From a virus (taxonomy: Duplodnaviria; Caudoviricetes), in IMG/VR virus record IMGVR_UViG_3300032138_000524, positions 32,001 to 96,000 of that record: a DNA stretch of 64,000 bases; one strand, written 5' to 3'. The stretch's first letter is position 1, and every line of letters starts with the position of its first letter. The translations under genes were made by a program, and so were the position numbers. The notes beneath the pieces were generated by a model. The model ran no database searches. It was not told the DNA's origin and saw only the letters and a list, made by a program, of their open reading frames with translations. This document shows, in pieces, positions 1-9,357 of this stretch.

Positions 1-2
1 AC

Positions 3-497
3 AAAGTTTATGTTTATAAAGGATCAGAAAGAAAAGTAAGTTTTAATTTTGAGATTTATCCAAAATCAAAACAGGAATTTCCTGTATTGATGGAAAAGTT
101 AAATTATCTTATTGGATTATGTTATCCAAGTTTTACAGGTGATAATAGAATGGTAGCTCCATTTATAGAATTAACACTTGGTGATATGTTTAATAAAACA
201 CCTGGATTTCTCGATAGTTTGAGTGTAGAAGTTGATGATACTGGTACTTGGGAATATGAAGAGGGATTACAATTTCCAAAACATATTACTTGTAATTGTA
301 GTTTTACTTATGTTGGAAAATATTTACCATCAACTCTTGGAAAACATTATGAGTTAAATTGGTTACAAGATTCAGGTTGGACAAAAATTGGACAGACAGA
401 AACAAGAGGAACGATTATTGGTGATAATGAACATCCAACAAGATTAGAACCTATGGAAAAATTATTTACGGATTTAGGATCATCCAATGCCAAGTAG
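3..497 (+). CDS. 5'-truncated baseplate/tail-tube-initiator-like structural protein
   Basis: The frame is open from position 3 (KVYVYKGSERKVSFNFEIYPKS...), so the gene begins before the window. The pattern 'PFIELTLGDMF..TPGFLDSLSV...WE' and its position before a LysM gene are typical of myovirus baseplate modules. Confidence 0.55.
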   Translation, partial: KVYVYKGSERKVSFNFEIYPKSKQEFPVLMEKLNYLIGLCYPSFTGDNRMVAPFIELTLGDMFNKTPGFLDSLSVEVDDTGTWEYEEGLQFPKHITCNCSFTYVGKYLPSTLGKHYELNWLQDSGWTKIGQTETRGTIIGDNEHPTRLEPMEKLFTDLGSSNAK

Positions 498-786
498 ATA
501 CGATTATACAACAATAAAATTAAATAAAGATGGAAAGAGAGTTTTTAAACCAACTTTGTATCCCCAAATCCCAATCCGTGATAGTGACGTTTTTATATAT
601 CCAAAATTTGGGGATAGATTGGACAATCTTGCACACAAATATTATGGTGATGTTTCGTTGTGGTGGATTATCGCAAAGGCAAATGGTTTAGATTCAGCAC
701 ACATTGGACTTGAGATGGACAAACAAATTAGAATTCCTATTGACATATCTCCTATCCTTAATAAATTAAAAGAGATGTCTTACTAA
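487..786 (+). CDS. LysM-domain baseplate wedge protein (T4 gp53 / P2 gpX-like)
   Basis: LysM-like motif GDRLDNLAHKYYGDVSLWWIIAKAN...IRIP. Confidence 0.8.
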   Translation: MPSRYDYTTIKLNKDGKRVFKPTLYPQIPIRDSDVFIYPKFGDRLDNLAHKYYGDVSLWWIIAKANGLDSAHIGLEMDKQIRIPIDISPILNKLKEMSY

Positions 787-787
787 T

Positions 788-3700
788 ATGATTACATTAT
801 CACCGATTCATCCAAACATTCAAAACACAATGCATCAAAAAATGAGAATGCTAAAAAAGATGTCTGGAGAAGAAGGAGAATATATTATTGGAACTCCACT
901 ATCCACTTCAGAGGGAGATGTAGAAAAAAATTATATGATGGCTAGAGTACCATTTTTACGAATGACATCTTTTACACCTAAAGGAGTGGGAAATAAAACT
1001 GATGGTAAGGATAAAGAAGCAGTAGTTTTAATGGGTGGTCATCTATTGGGAGGCACAGAAGATTTCCCCATGAATAGGTTAAAGGCAGGGTTTAGAGATA
1101 GTCCTGTAGATGTTGGTTCATCAGTTACAGGAAATGCAAAAGATCCATTTATAAATTATCTTGGAATGTATAATCAACCAGATGGAACTATTATTGATGA
1201 TATTCCATTTAGACCAATGGCTGGAGTAAAGGATATTAGTATACAGTTTCAAGGTGGTGGTATGAGATTGGGAGCAACAAGAACAGCAGAAATAAGTTGG
1301 AATTGTTGGACATGGCAAGAGTTAGAAAATTATAGACCACATTTTTTGCAACATGGTAAAACTATTTTATTAGAATGGGGATGGTCTGGTGATGGTATTA
1401 ATTGGAAAGGTGGTTCACCATTTTATGATATATTTGATGGTAATACTTTAAATATTAGTGAGACAAAAATAAATAAATTAAATCAGAAATTAGTAGAACA
1501 TACTTTAGATCAAAAAGGTCAATATGATGCAATGTTAGGTTTAGTTCAAGATTTTAGTTGGACGGTAACTGAGGATGGTGGTTTTGATTGTAGTACTAAA
1601 ATAATTTCACAAGGAATTACCTTATTACAAAAAATACAAAAAAGAAATAAAACTGCTAATATATCTGTATTACCGTTACTTGCTAATGAAGAATATAATT
1701 CAGGTGGATGGTTGTGGGGAATTGATGATACAAAAACTGTATTTAAAGGGCCTACAGATGTAGCTGGGTATTCACCATATATATCTATTAAAGAATATAT
1801 GAATGATTTTCCAATGCAAATAATGAAGTATATGGATTCAATAGCTGCTCCAGATGTCCTCCAGAACCGCGGTTCTCAATACGCTTATATGAAAGAGCAA
1901 CCCGGACCCACTAACAATTCTGAACATCATACAGCAATACATAATATGAAGTTATTTAGAATAGGAAATCATGCAGGCGGACGTTCTTTTGGTAAAGCAT
2001 TACAAGAAAACACAGTAGAGTCGAAGAAAGATGGTAAAAGAGTTATTGGATCAGAAGCTGAAGTGACAAAGTGTTTTGTGTCTTGGGGTTGGTTTGAAGA
2101 TAATGTTTTAAGTAGATTTTTTGGTTCGGTGACTCAAAAAGAAGGAGAAAATGTATTAATAGGTGAATTTAGAAGTATTCAACCAGTTATGGATGATAAT
2201 GGTATATTATATAAAAAAAGTGAAAAAGATAAAGAAGATGGAATATATAATGGAGCTGCAGTAGGAGAACAGGTATATGAATCAACTAAATTTAGAAATA
2301 GTAGGTATTTAGTTACAGCAGATTCAGCCAAGTGGATAATACCAAATCCAAATGATCCATTTATGGTTTCGTCTTGGACATTGTTTCGTAGAGATATAAA
2401 ATTTGGTGCAGTCAATCCAATCGGAACAGGTGCACCGCCTGTAGCAATAGATATGAAAACTTTAAAGGACAATTTACTTTCAAGTGAAATACAAGGAGAT
2501 GACGGAGCAAGAATTAGAAATGTATATTTTAATGCAAATTATTTAAAAGAAAAATTTAAAGATTCTGGAGATATAGTTGAATCTGTAATGAGTGTGTGGC
2601 AAGAATTTTCAAGTACATATGGTGGTGTTTATAAATTTAAAATAGATTTTGCAGATGATGGTAAAAGAGCCATGATTGTAGAAGAAGGATATACGAGTAG
2701 ATCTGTGAAGGATTCCATAACAGATGACCTTTTTAAAGCAAAAGTATTTGAGTTTCCTACATTTAAGTCAGATTCAATAGTTAAATCACAGAACATTAGT
2801 GCAAAAGTTCCCAAAAGAATGCAATTAGCAGCTATGTATGGAGCAGTAACAAAGAATAAAGAAGAGACAAAAACAGAACCAATTGAACCAAGTGAATATG
2901 AAGATTTAATAGCAAAGGCTTGGGGTAGATTTGTAGAGTCATTACCGAAAAATACTGAAGGTAAGAGTCCAGAACAATTAAAACAGATGAGATATGATGA
3001 TATGTTAAATGGAAGAATAGATTTTCCATCAAGAAAGAATCGTTGGTTTGGACATACTAAAGCAAATGTAAATGAAGAACTTACTGTTGGGGGGTATGAT
3101 ACAGAGAAAGGGGCAAATGACAGTATAATTGAAAAGGGTGCAGTAAAACCAACTGCTAGAGATTCTGGAATTCAAATAATGGATAGTATTATGAATGAGT
3201 TAAAACAGTCTCAAGTAGATGAAATGTATAGACAAGTAAAAATAGCAAAGGGATACGAGGATGATAAGGCAGTAACAGATGCAGCCTATGAGGAAGATTT
3301 GAAAAAAGTATTATCTGCAGATGAAAGTCAAAAGAAATTTTTTGCTACAATGTCAGCCCTTGCATCACATACGGCCCACGGACCAGGTATAGCAGGACTT
3401 TTTGATATATTTTATGATGAAACTACGACAAATGGTCTACCAAAATTAAAACCCAGTTTAAAATTTCAAATGCAAATGTTACTCCAAGGTCATAGTGATG
3501 GAGTTCTAAAGGCTACAGATCCACTTATTCCAATAGAGTTTGAGGTAGAGATAGATGGTATTGGTGGAATTCATCCTGGAAATTCATTTCATAGTTCTTA
3601 TTTACCAGTTAGGTATAAAGAAGAAAGTCTTTTTCAGGCAGTAGGAGTTAGTCATAAAGTAGATAGTGGTGGTTGGATAACTACTATAAAAGGTCAAATT

Positions 3701-4393
3701 AGAGCTACAGCATTAAAAGACGAACCAACAAAAGAAAAGCTTTGGAAAGATTATAATGAAATGACGGATGAAGAAAAGGAACAATATTTAGCTGGACAGA
3801 TAGATACAACACAACAAAGTCTACAAAGAAATATGGATGATCTTTTTTCAGGAAAAACACCTATGTTGTTACACAATCCTGAGTTAGCAGAAAAATTAGG
3901 TATTAAATATGATGTTCCACGAGGATTTGAAACTGATGGTGGTTTAGTTAAATATATAGAAAATAATGGTATTCCAGACTATGAGACTATATTAGCTAAA
4001 TGTGATGGAAATCATGAAGCCGCTTTAGCTATTCAAACGTGGATGAAAAATAGTGGACTTATTTCAGGAGGACAGTTGGGAGAATTATCTCATGCTTCCA
4101 TTTGGCCAGCACCTTGGTATGGAACAGATTTTATTTTTGGAACAACTTCACCGTTTCCTGATGGATGGTTAGATAGTTATAATCAAAATATATCTTGGTC
4201 CCAATCACAAGGTGGTGGTGGTGAATTATGGGCAGTCTTAGGGGAGTGGAATAATTGGAGTGATCCAGCTCTTGCAGGTGCAATAACTTGGACTTCTAAT
4301 GAAGCTTCTCGTGCACAGATGTATATAAATAGAGGTTGGGCTCCAGATGATACACTAAACATGAACGCTTATAACGCTTTATCGGGAAATTAA
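788..4393 (+). CDS. Large baseplate hub-like virion protein
   Basis: 1201 aa, follows the LysM gene. The segment 'IDGIGGIHPGNSF...FQAVGVSHKVDSGGWITTIKG' resembles the C-terminal part of hub (gp27/gpD-like) proteins. Confidence 0.55.
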   Translation: MITLSPIHPNIQNTMHQKMRMLKKMSGEEGEYIIGTPLSTSEGDVEKNYMMARVPFLRMTSFTPKGVGNKTDGKDKEAVVLMGGHLLGGTEDFPMNRLKAGFRDSPVDVGSSVTGNAKDPFINYLGMYNQPDGTIIDDIPFRPMAGVKDISIQFQGGGMRLGATRTAEISWNCWTWQELENYRPHFLQHGKTILLEWGWSGDGINWKGGSPFYDIFDGNTLNISETKINKLNQKLVEHTLDQKGQYDAMLGLVQDFSWTVTEDGGFDCSTKIISQGITLLQKIQKRNKTANISVLPLLANEEYNSGGWLWGIDDTKTVFKGPTDVAGYSPYISIKEYMNDFPMQIMKYMDSIAAPDVLQNRGSQYAYMKEQPGPTNNSEHHTAIHNMKLFRIGNHAGGRSFGKALQENTVESKKDGKRVIGSEAEVTKCFVSWGWFEDNVLSRFFGSVTQKEGENVLIGEFRSIQPVMDDNGILYKKSEKDKEDGIYNGAAVGEQVYESTKFRNSRYLVTADSAKWIIPNPNDPFMVSSWTLFRRDIKFGAVNPIGTGAPPVAIDMKTLKDNLLSSEIQGDDGARIRNVYFNANYLKEKFKDSGDIVESVMSVWQEFSSTYGGVYKFKIDFADDGKRAMIVEEGYTSRSVKDSITDDLFKAKVFEFPTFKSDSIVKSQNISAKVPKRMQLAAMYGAVTKNKEETKTEPIEPSEYEDLIAKAWGRFVESLPKNTEGKSPEQLKQMRYDDMLNGRIDFPSRKNRWFGHTKANVNEELTVGGYDTEKGANDSIIEKGAVKPTARDSGIQIMDSIMNELKQSQVDEMYRQVKIAKGYEDDKAVTDAAYEEDLKKVLSADESQKKFFATMSALASHTAHGPGIAGLFDIFYDETTTNGLPKLKPSLKFQMQMLLQGHSDGVLKATDPLIPIEFEVEIDGIGGIHPGNSFHSSYLPVRYKEESLFQAVGVSHKVDSGGWITTIKGQIRATALKDEPTKEKLWKDYNEMTDEEKEQYLAGQIDTTQQSLQRNMDDLFSGKTPMLLHNPELAEKLGIKYDVPRGFETDGGLVKYIENNGIPDYETILAKCDGNHEAALAIQTWMKNSGLISGGQLGELSHASIWPAPWYGTDFIFGTTSPFPDGWLDSYNQNISWSQSQGGGGELWAVLGEWNNWSDPALAGAITWTSNEASRAQMYINRGWAPDDTLNMNAYNALSGN

Positions 4394-4394
4394 G

Positions 4395-4973
4395 ATGGAT
4401 CTTAGTAATGTAGAAAGAATATCACCTGAATTAAGAGCAGGTAGTTTTGAATTTTTGTATGCAGATAATGTTCCAGTAAGAAAAGGTACTCCTTATATGA
4501 TTTTTTATACGAAATCAAAAATGGAAATCTTTCTTACGAGAAGATGGGCCGAAATCTTTGTAAGAAACCCCGAAAAACATTATACTATGTTCGGTCAATA
4601 TGTTGGAATAAATAGATCAAAGGCAATAAGGGAAAGTTACCTTAAACCACATTCCATTGAATTTACTCCGGCAATGGAGAAAAAGGATGGTATATTTAGA
4701 TATTTTGCAAAATATTATTTTGACGAAACTATATTTGAGATAAATAAACAAGATTTTAACGAAGAAACAAATTTTTATCAAAAGATAGGTATATTTTGGC
4801 AATTACAAGGTTCTCAAGAAAGTATAAAAATGAAAAATGAAGAAGCACTGGAACAGGCAGACAATGAATTAAAAGGAATGAGGTATCTTTTAGATCCACT
4901 TGAATTTTCTAAAGAAGAAAAATTGACTAAATTAGAAAAAATACAGCAAAAATTAAGTAATTTGAAGTATTAA
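4395..4973 (+). CDS. Hypothetical protein
   Basis: 192-aa ORF directly after the hub gene; no recognised motif. Confidence 0.6.
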   Translation: MDLSNVERISPELRAGSFEFLYADNVPVRKGTPYMIFYTKSKMEIFLTRRWAEIFVRNPEKHYTMFGQYVGINRSKAIRESYLKPHSIEFTPAMEKKDGIFRYFAKYYFDETIFEINKQDFNEETNFYQKIGIFWQLQGSQESIKMKNEEALEQADNELKGMRYLLDPLEFSKEEKLTKLEKIQQKLSNLKY

Positions 4974-5003
4974 TTTGATATATATATACAAAGGTTATAG
5001 TAA

Positions 5004-5471
5004 ATGGTTTTATGGTTCACAGGTCAGCCCGGTTCGGGCAAGACTACATTAACAAATAGATTCATAGACGACAAATTAATTGGATTTATGAAAATTCATC
5101 CAGTTAGAATTGTGCATATTGACGGTGATGATTTACGAGATATTGTTGATAACAAAGATTATTCAGAAAAAGGTCGTAGAGAAAATATTACCCTTGCAAT
5201 GAACTTGGCAAGATTTATGGATAATAAAGGTTTTACAGTAATAGTATCATTAGTTTCACCATATAGAGATCAACGAGAAGAATTAAAAATGGAAAGAAAT
5301 ATAGCGGAGTTCTATCTTCATACAACGGAGATACGTGGTAAGGAAGATTATTTCGTAGATAATTACGAACCACCGTTACATAATTTTACAGATATAGATA
5401 CAAACAAACCAATAGAGGAGTGTGTAAATGAAATACTCGATGTTTATCGGCAGATGGCAAGGGTTGCATGA
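5004..5471 (+). CDS. cysC: Adenylylsulfate (APS) kinase
   Basis: WFTGQPGSGKTT P-loop, IDGDDLR, YSEKGRRENI, VSLVSPYR, YEPP. Confidence 0.85.
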   Translation: MVLWFTGQPGSGKTTLTNRFIDDKLIGFMKIHPVRIVHIDGDDLRDIVDNKDYSEKGRRENITLAMNLARFMDNKGFTVIVSLVSPYRDQREELKMERNIAEFYLHTTEIRGKEDYFVDNYEPPLHNFTDIDTNKPIEECVNEILDVYRQMARVA

Positions 5472-5781
5472 TGGTCATAGATGGTTATTTGACCAAGCGT
5501 TAAAACAAGGAAAAAATGTTTTAATTGCTATTAGAGATTGTCCGTTAGATGATCCTGATGAAGAAAATGAATATATTGCAGAAGAAATAATGGGACATCT
5601 TTCAGAAGAATATAGAAATGAGATATTAGATGGTAAAGTTAAACTTATGATTATACCAGATATTGAATCAATTAATTATGGACGAGGGGTTGGTTATGAA
5701 ATTATAGAACATAAACCACCAGAAGATATTAAAAAAATTAAAGGACGAGAATTGAGAAAGGAGAAAAAATGGAACCCGTAA
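5428..5781 (+). CDS. HIGH-superfamily (cytidylyltransferase-like) nucleotidyltransferase
   Basis: FIGRWQGLHDGH (HxGH motif) and INYGRGVGY; overlaps cysC. Confidence 0.7.
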   Translation: MKYSMFIGRWQGLHDGHRWLFDQALKQGKNVLIAIRDCPLDDPDEENEYIAEEIMGHLSEEYRNEILDGKVKLMIIPDIESINYGRGVGYEIIEHKPPEDIKKIKGRELRKEKKWNP

Positions 5782-5972
5782 ACTTAACTTGGTTTTATTT
5801 TCATTGTGTACTTGCACTTGTAATATTAGTGAAAGATAACAACGGAACATTAGAAGATTCGTTAAATAAGTTTGAACAGAAGATTGGGTTATATACAGAA
5901 CCAGATACTACTGATACTGAAACACCACCTTATTATATACCACCAATTGAAGAAGATCCAAATGAAAATTGA
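5769..5972 (+). CDS. Small membrane protein
   Basis: 67 aa, N-terminal hydrophobic segment, AAGGAG upstream. Confidence 0.5.
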   Translation: MEPVNLTWFYFHCVLALVILVKDNNGTLEDSLNKFEQKIGLYTEPDTTDTETPPYYIPPIEEDPNEN

Positions 5973-6672
5973 TGTATTAGACAAAGGTTATATTGAGGTT
6001 GTAGATTCTCTCGGTGATGACCTAACACCAGTAAATGCGGCCAGAGTTTCGTTTGGTGGTCGTAGTGAAAAATTTACAAACAAAGACAGACGATTATCCA
6101 AATTCTTAATTAAACACAAACATTTTAGTCCATTCAGACACCAACACGTGATGATGATTATCAAGGCACCAGAGTTCGTTATGCGACAATGGTATAAACA
6201 CGTTGTTGGAATAGAAACCACATCAGACCATCCTACCAAAGACCACGCTTGGAACGAGATTAGTGGTCGTTATGTTGCCTATGAAGATTTCTATTATCCT
6301 ACAACTTTCAGAAAACAATCTGATGATAATAAACAAGCATCAGAGGGTGAGTTCGAGGGAGAAGAACGAATAGATTGTGAACGAAATTGGAGACAGGCAC
6401 AAGCCAAATCTATAGCAGCCTACAAGAATTTAATAGATATGGGAATGGCAAAAGAACAAGCCAGAAGTATTCTACCATTAACAGTTTATACACAAGTTTG
6501 GTGGACAGCATCATTTCAGTCAATCATGAATTTTATTGAACTTAGAGATGAGAAAACAGCTCAAGTAGAAATACAAGAATACGCAAGAGCATTAAAGGGA
6601 ATAATGTTAGAAGTATTTCCAGAAACAACTAAACTATGGGAAGAAGTATATTGGAATGCAGATAAAAAGTAA
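5962..6672 (+). CDS. thyX: Flavin-dependent thymidylate synthase
   Basis: VNAARVSF, HFSPFRH, RQWYKH...WNEISGRY, AKEQARSILP, FIELR...AQVEIQ. Likely start is MKIDVLDK at 5962 rather than 5872. Confidence 0.9.
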   Translation: MKIDVLDKGYIEVVDSLGDDLTPVNAARVSFGGRSEKFTNKDRRLSKFLIKHKHFSPFRHQHVMMIIKAPEFVMRQWYKHVVGIETTSDHPTKDHAWNEISGRYVAYEDFYYPTTFRKQSDDNKQASEGEFEGEERIDCERNWRQAQAKSIAAYKNLIDMGMAKEQARSILPLTVYTQVWWTASFQSIMNFIELRDEKTAQVEIQEYARALKGIMLEVFPETTKLWEEVYWNADKK

Positions 6673-7327
6673 TACATATGAAAAGGTTTGTCATTTAATA
6701 TCATCAAACATTCGTGATTTAGTAAGAACTCACTCTAATCCAGTATTGGGTTTAGCAACAGGTTCAACACCGATTGGAATTTATCAAGAACTATCTAAGA
6801 TGAGAGATACAAATTTTTCTGATACAATTACTTTTAATCTTGATGAATATGTTGGATTGAATGGATGGCATCCACAATCATACAATTATTTTATGTATGA
6901 ACATTTATTTAAGAGTTTAACATTTAAGCAACGATTTTTTCCAAACAAGGATAATTACAATGAATACGACTTGATGATAAAAAATACAGGTGGTATTGAT
7001 ATTCAGATATTGGGAATTGGAACTAATGGACATATAGCATTCAATGAACCAGGTTCACACAAATATTCCGCAACACGAATAGTTGATTTGACCGAAAATA
7101 CAATCAAAGATAATAGTAGATTTTTTGATAATATTGATGAAGTTCCCACACAAGCATATACAATGGGTATGTCAAGTATTATGGGTGCTGAAAGAATCTA
7201 TTTAGTTGCACAAGGAAAACACAAAAAAGATATTTTAGAAAAGGCAATGTTAGGAGATATAACTCCTGAAGTTCCTGCTTCATTTTTACAAGAACACGAT
7301 AACATAGGAGTATATTATAGTGATTGA
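6656..7327 (+). CDS. nagB: Glucosamine-6-phosphate deaminase
   Basis: LGLATGSTP, TFNLDEYVGL, GGIDIQILGIGTNGHIAFNEPG, VPASFLQEH. Confidence 0.92.
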   Translation: MQIKSNTYEKVCHLISSNIRDLVRTHSNPVLGLATGSTPIGIYQELSKMRDTNFSDTITFNLDEYVGLNGWHPQSYNYFMYEHLFKSLTFKQRFFPNKDNYNEYDLMIKNTGGIDIQILGIGTNGHIAFNEPGSHKYSATRIVDLTENTIKDNSRFFDNIDEVPTQAYTMGMSSIMGAERIYLVAQGKHKKDILEKAMLGDITPEVPASFLQEHDNIGVYYSD

Positions 7328-7826
7328 TAAGATAATGATTGTAGCACACCCTGATGACGAAGCACTATTTGGTGGAGCTGAGTTATTATCACACCCAAAA
7401 GAATATAAAGTTGTAGTAGTAGATGAATATCATAATGAAGTTAGAAAAAAAGAACTTATAGCCTCTATGGAGTTTATAGGAATAGAAGAATATGAACATT
7501 GGACAGGTTATAAAGGTGGGGAAGATTATCATAGAGAAAAACTTATCTATGAATTGTTAAGAGTATTGAGAGAAAGAAAATATAAAAAAATAGTAACACA
7601 TAATAAACAAGGCGAATACGGTCATCCAAGACATAGAGCTTTACACGATATATTAAATCATTTAAGACCAGAGTTGTTATGGTGTTTTGATAAAAATCAT
7701 GATGATAGATTACCTAATGATTTATTATTTAAGAAAAGAGATTTATTAAAAGTGTATGGAAGTCAAACAGATGTTTTGAATTGGTTTAGTCCTTGGTATG
7801 AAAAAATAACAAAGGTTAATAAATGA
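7320..7826 (+). CDS. PIG-L/LmbE-family deacetylase
   Basis: VAHPDDEALFGG and THNKQGEYGHPRH. Confidence 0.8.
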   Translation: MIDKIMIVAHPDDEALFGGAELLSHPKEYKVVVVDEYHNEVRKKELIASMEFIGIEEYEHWTGYKGGEDYHREKLIYELLRVLRERKYKKIVTHNKQGEYGHPRHRALHDILNHLRPELLWCFDKNHDDRLPNDLLFKKRDLLKVYGSQTDVLNWFSPWYEKITKVNK

Positions 7827-8449
7827 AAGTTATATTTTGTATTCCAGGTAATAGTTTTTCAAATGGATTCTTGAAGTGTTGGACTCAACTTACTATGGAA
7901 TTACATAAAAAAGGTATTGAATATGAACTTTTAAGTCAATATGCTCCAAATGTGTATAAAATTAGAAGTATGTTATTAGGTGGTCATCGTAAATTTGGTC
8001 AATATCAAGCTCCGTGGCAAGGTAAGAAAGATTACGATTATATAATGTGGATTGATTCAGACCAAATATTTAAACCAGATGATTTTTTTAAGTTGTTAGA
8101 ACACGATAAGGATATAGTTTCTGGTTTATATTTACGACAACCAGAAGGTGGTACTTTAAATGATATACCTGTTTACTATGCATGTTTTTCTGCAGCAGAC
8201 AAGGGATTATATACAAATGAAGTTAATGGTGAATTGAGAACCGTGTTTGGGAATGGTATGGGTTGGATGTTAATTAAAAAGGGTGTATTTGAAAAAACTC
8301 CATTTCCCTGGTTTGGCCCGATGATAGACGGTCTTGATTTTAATGGAGAAGATGTAGCATTTCAAATAAGAGCAAGAGATTCTGGATTTGAATCTTATGT
8401 AGATACGAGTATTATAGTAGGACATGAAAAGGGAATAGTATTAAAATGA
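7823..8449 (+). CDS. GT-A fold glycosyltransferase
   Basis: MWIDSD DxD motif, IVSGLY, GMGWMLIKKGVFE, GEDVAF, VGHEK. Confidence 0.75.
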   Translation: MKVIFCIPGNSFSNGFLKCWTQLTMELHKKGIEYELLSQYAPNVYKIRSMLLGGHRKFGQYQAPWQGKKDYDYIMWIDSDQIFKPDDFFKLLEHDKDIVSGLYLRQPEGGTLNDIPVYYACFSAADKGLYTNEVNGELRTVFGNGMGWMLIKKGVFEKTPFPWFGPMIDGLDFNGEDVAFQIRARDSGFESYVDTSIIVGHEKGIVLK

Positions 8450-9357
8450 ATGGGTGGATATTATATAAAAATAAAATAGAAGAATCATATGAAACTCAAA
8501 AACTTGTCGATGAATTTGAAAAACAAGACATCAGGATTCGTGTAGTTAATCCACAAGATGTAGATATTTTTGTGGATAGAGATGACAGAAAAAGTATTTT
8601 AGTTGCTGGTAAATCAAGACCATTACCTGATTTTGTGATACCACGAACAGGTAGTGGAACGACTTACTTTATAAAGGCAATTATTAGACACTTAGAGAGA
8701 TTGGGAGTGATACTTATTAATGGAAGTAATTCCATAGATACAGTTAAAGATAAGTTATACACTCAACAGATTTTAGGTGAATCAAATCTTCCAGTACCAA
8801 AAACACTTTTAGTAAGACATCCAATTAATGTGGAGTTTGTTGAGAATAACATAGGATATCCATCAATTATTAAAACATTAAGTGGTTCATTTGGAGCAGG
8901 TGTATTTTTGTGTGAGAATAGAAAACAATTACAACAACTATTAAAGATGGCTGAGATAACGAAACCAAGTTATAATATTATTATTCAAGAGTTTATTAAA
9001 GAATCACATGGTAAAGATTTAAGAGTGTTAGTGGTAAATGGTAAAGTAGTTGGATGTATGATGAGACAATCAGTAGATGATGATTTTAGAGCAAACATAA
9101 CTCGTGGTGGTGAGGGAATTCCTTATCAAATTGATGATGAGATAGAATGGTTGGGTGGTGAATCATCAAGGTTACTTAATTTAGATATTGCTGGTGTTGA
9201 TTTATTGTTTGATAAAGAGGGTTATAGAATTTGTGAAGTAAATTCATCTCCTGGGTTTGAGGGTATGGATAAGTATTGTAAAACAAATGTTGCAGAACAA
9301 ATTGTTACTTATGTAAAACATAAGATAGGTTATAGTGATAGTAGAAACGAAACTTGA
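8446..9357 (+). CDS. RimK-family ATP-grasp ligase
   Basis: DKLYTQQ, IIKTLSGSFGAGV, IIQEFI, DLRVLVV, FRANITRGG, GVDLL, EVNSSPGFEG. Confidence 0.88.
   Translation: MNGWILYKNKIEESYETQKLVDEFEKQDIRIRVVNPQDVDIFVDRDDRKSILVAGKSRPLPDFVIPRTGSGTTYFIKAIIRHLERLGVILINGSNSIDTVKDKLYTQQILGESNLPVPKTLLVRHPINVEFVENNIGYPSIIKTLSGSFGAGVFLCENRKQLQQLLKMAEITKPSYNIIIQEFIKESHGKDLRVLVVNGKVVGCMMRQSVDDDFRANITRGGEGIPYQIDDEIEWLGGESSRLLNLDIAGVDLLFDKEGYRICEVNSSPGFEGMDKYCKTNVAEQIVTYVKHKIGYSDSRNET

Noticed and set aside
5872-5961. N-terminal extension of thyX
   Set aside because: It overlaps the upstream ORF; the ThyX-like sequence begins at the ATG at 5962.
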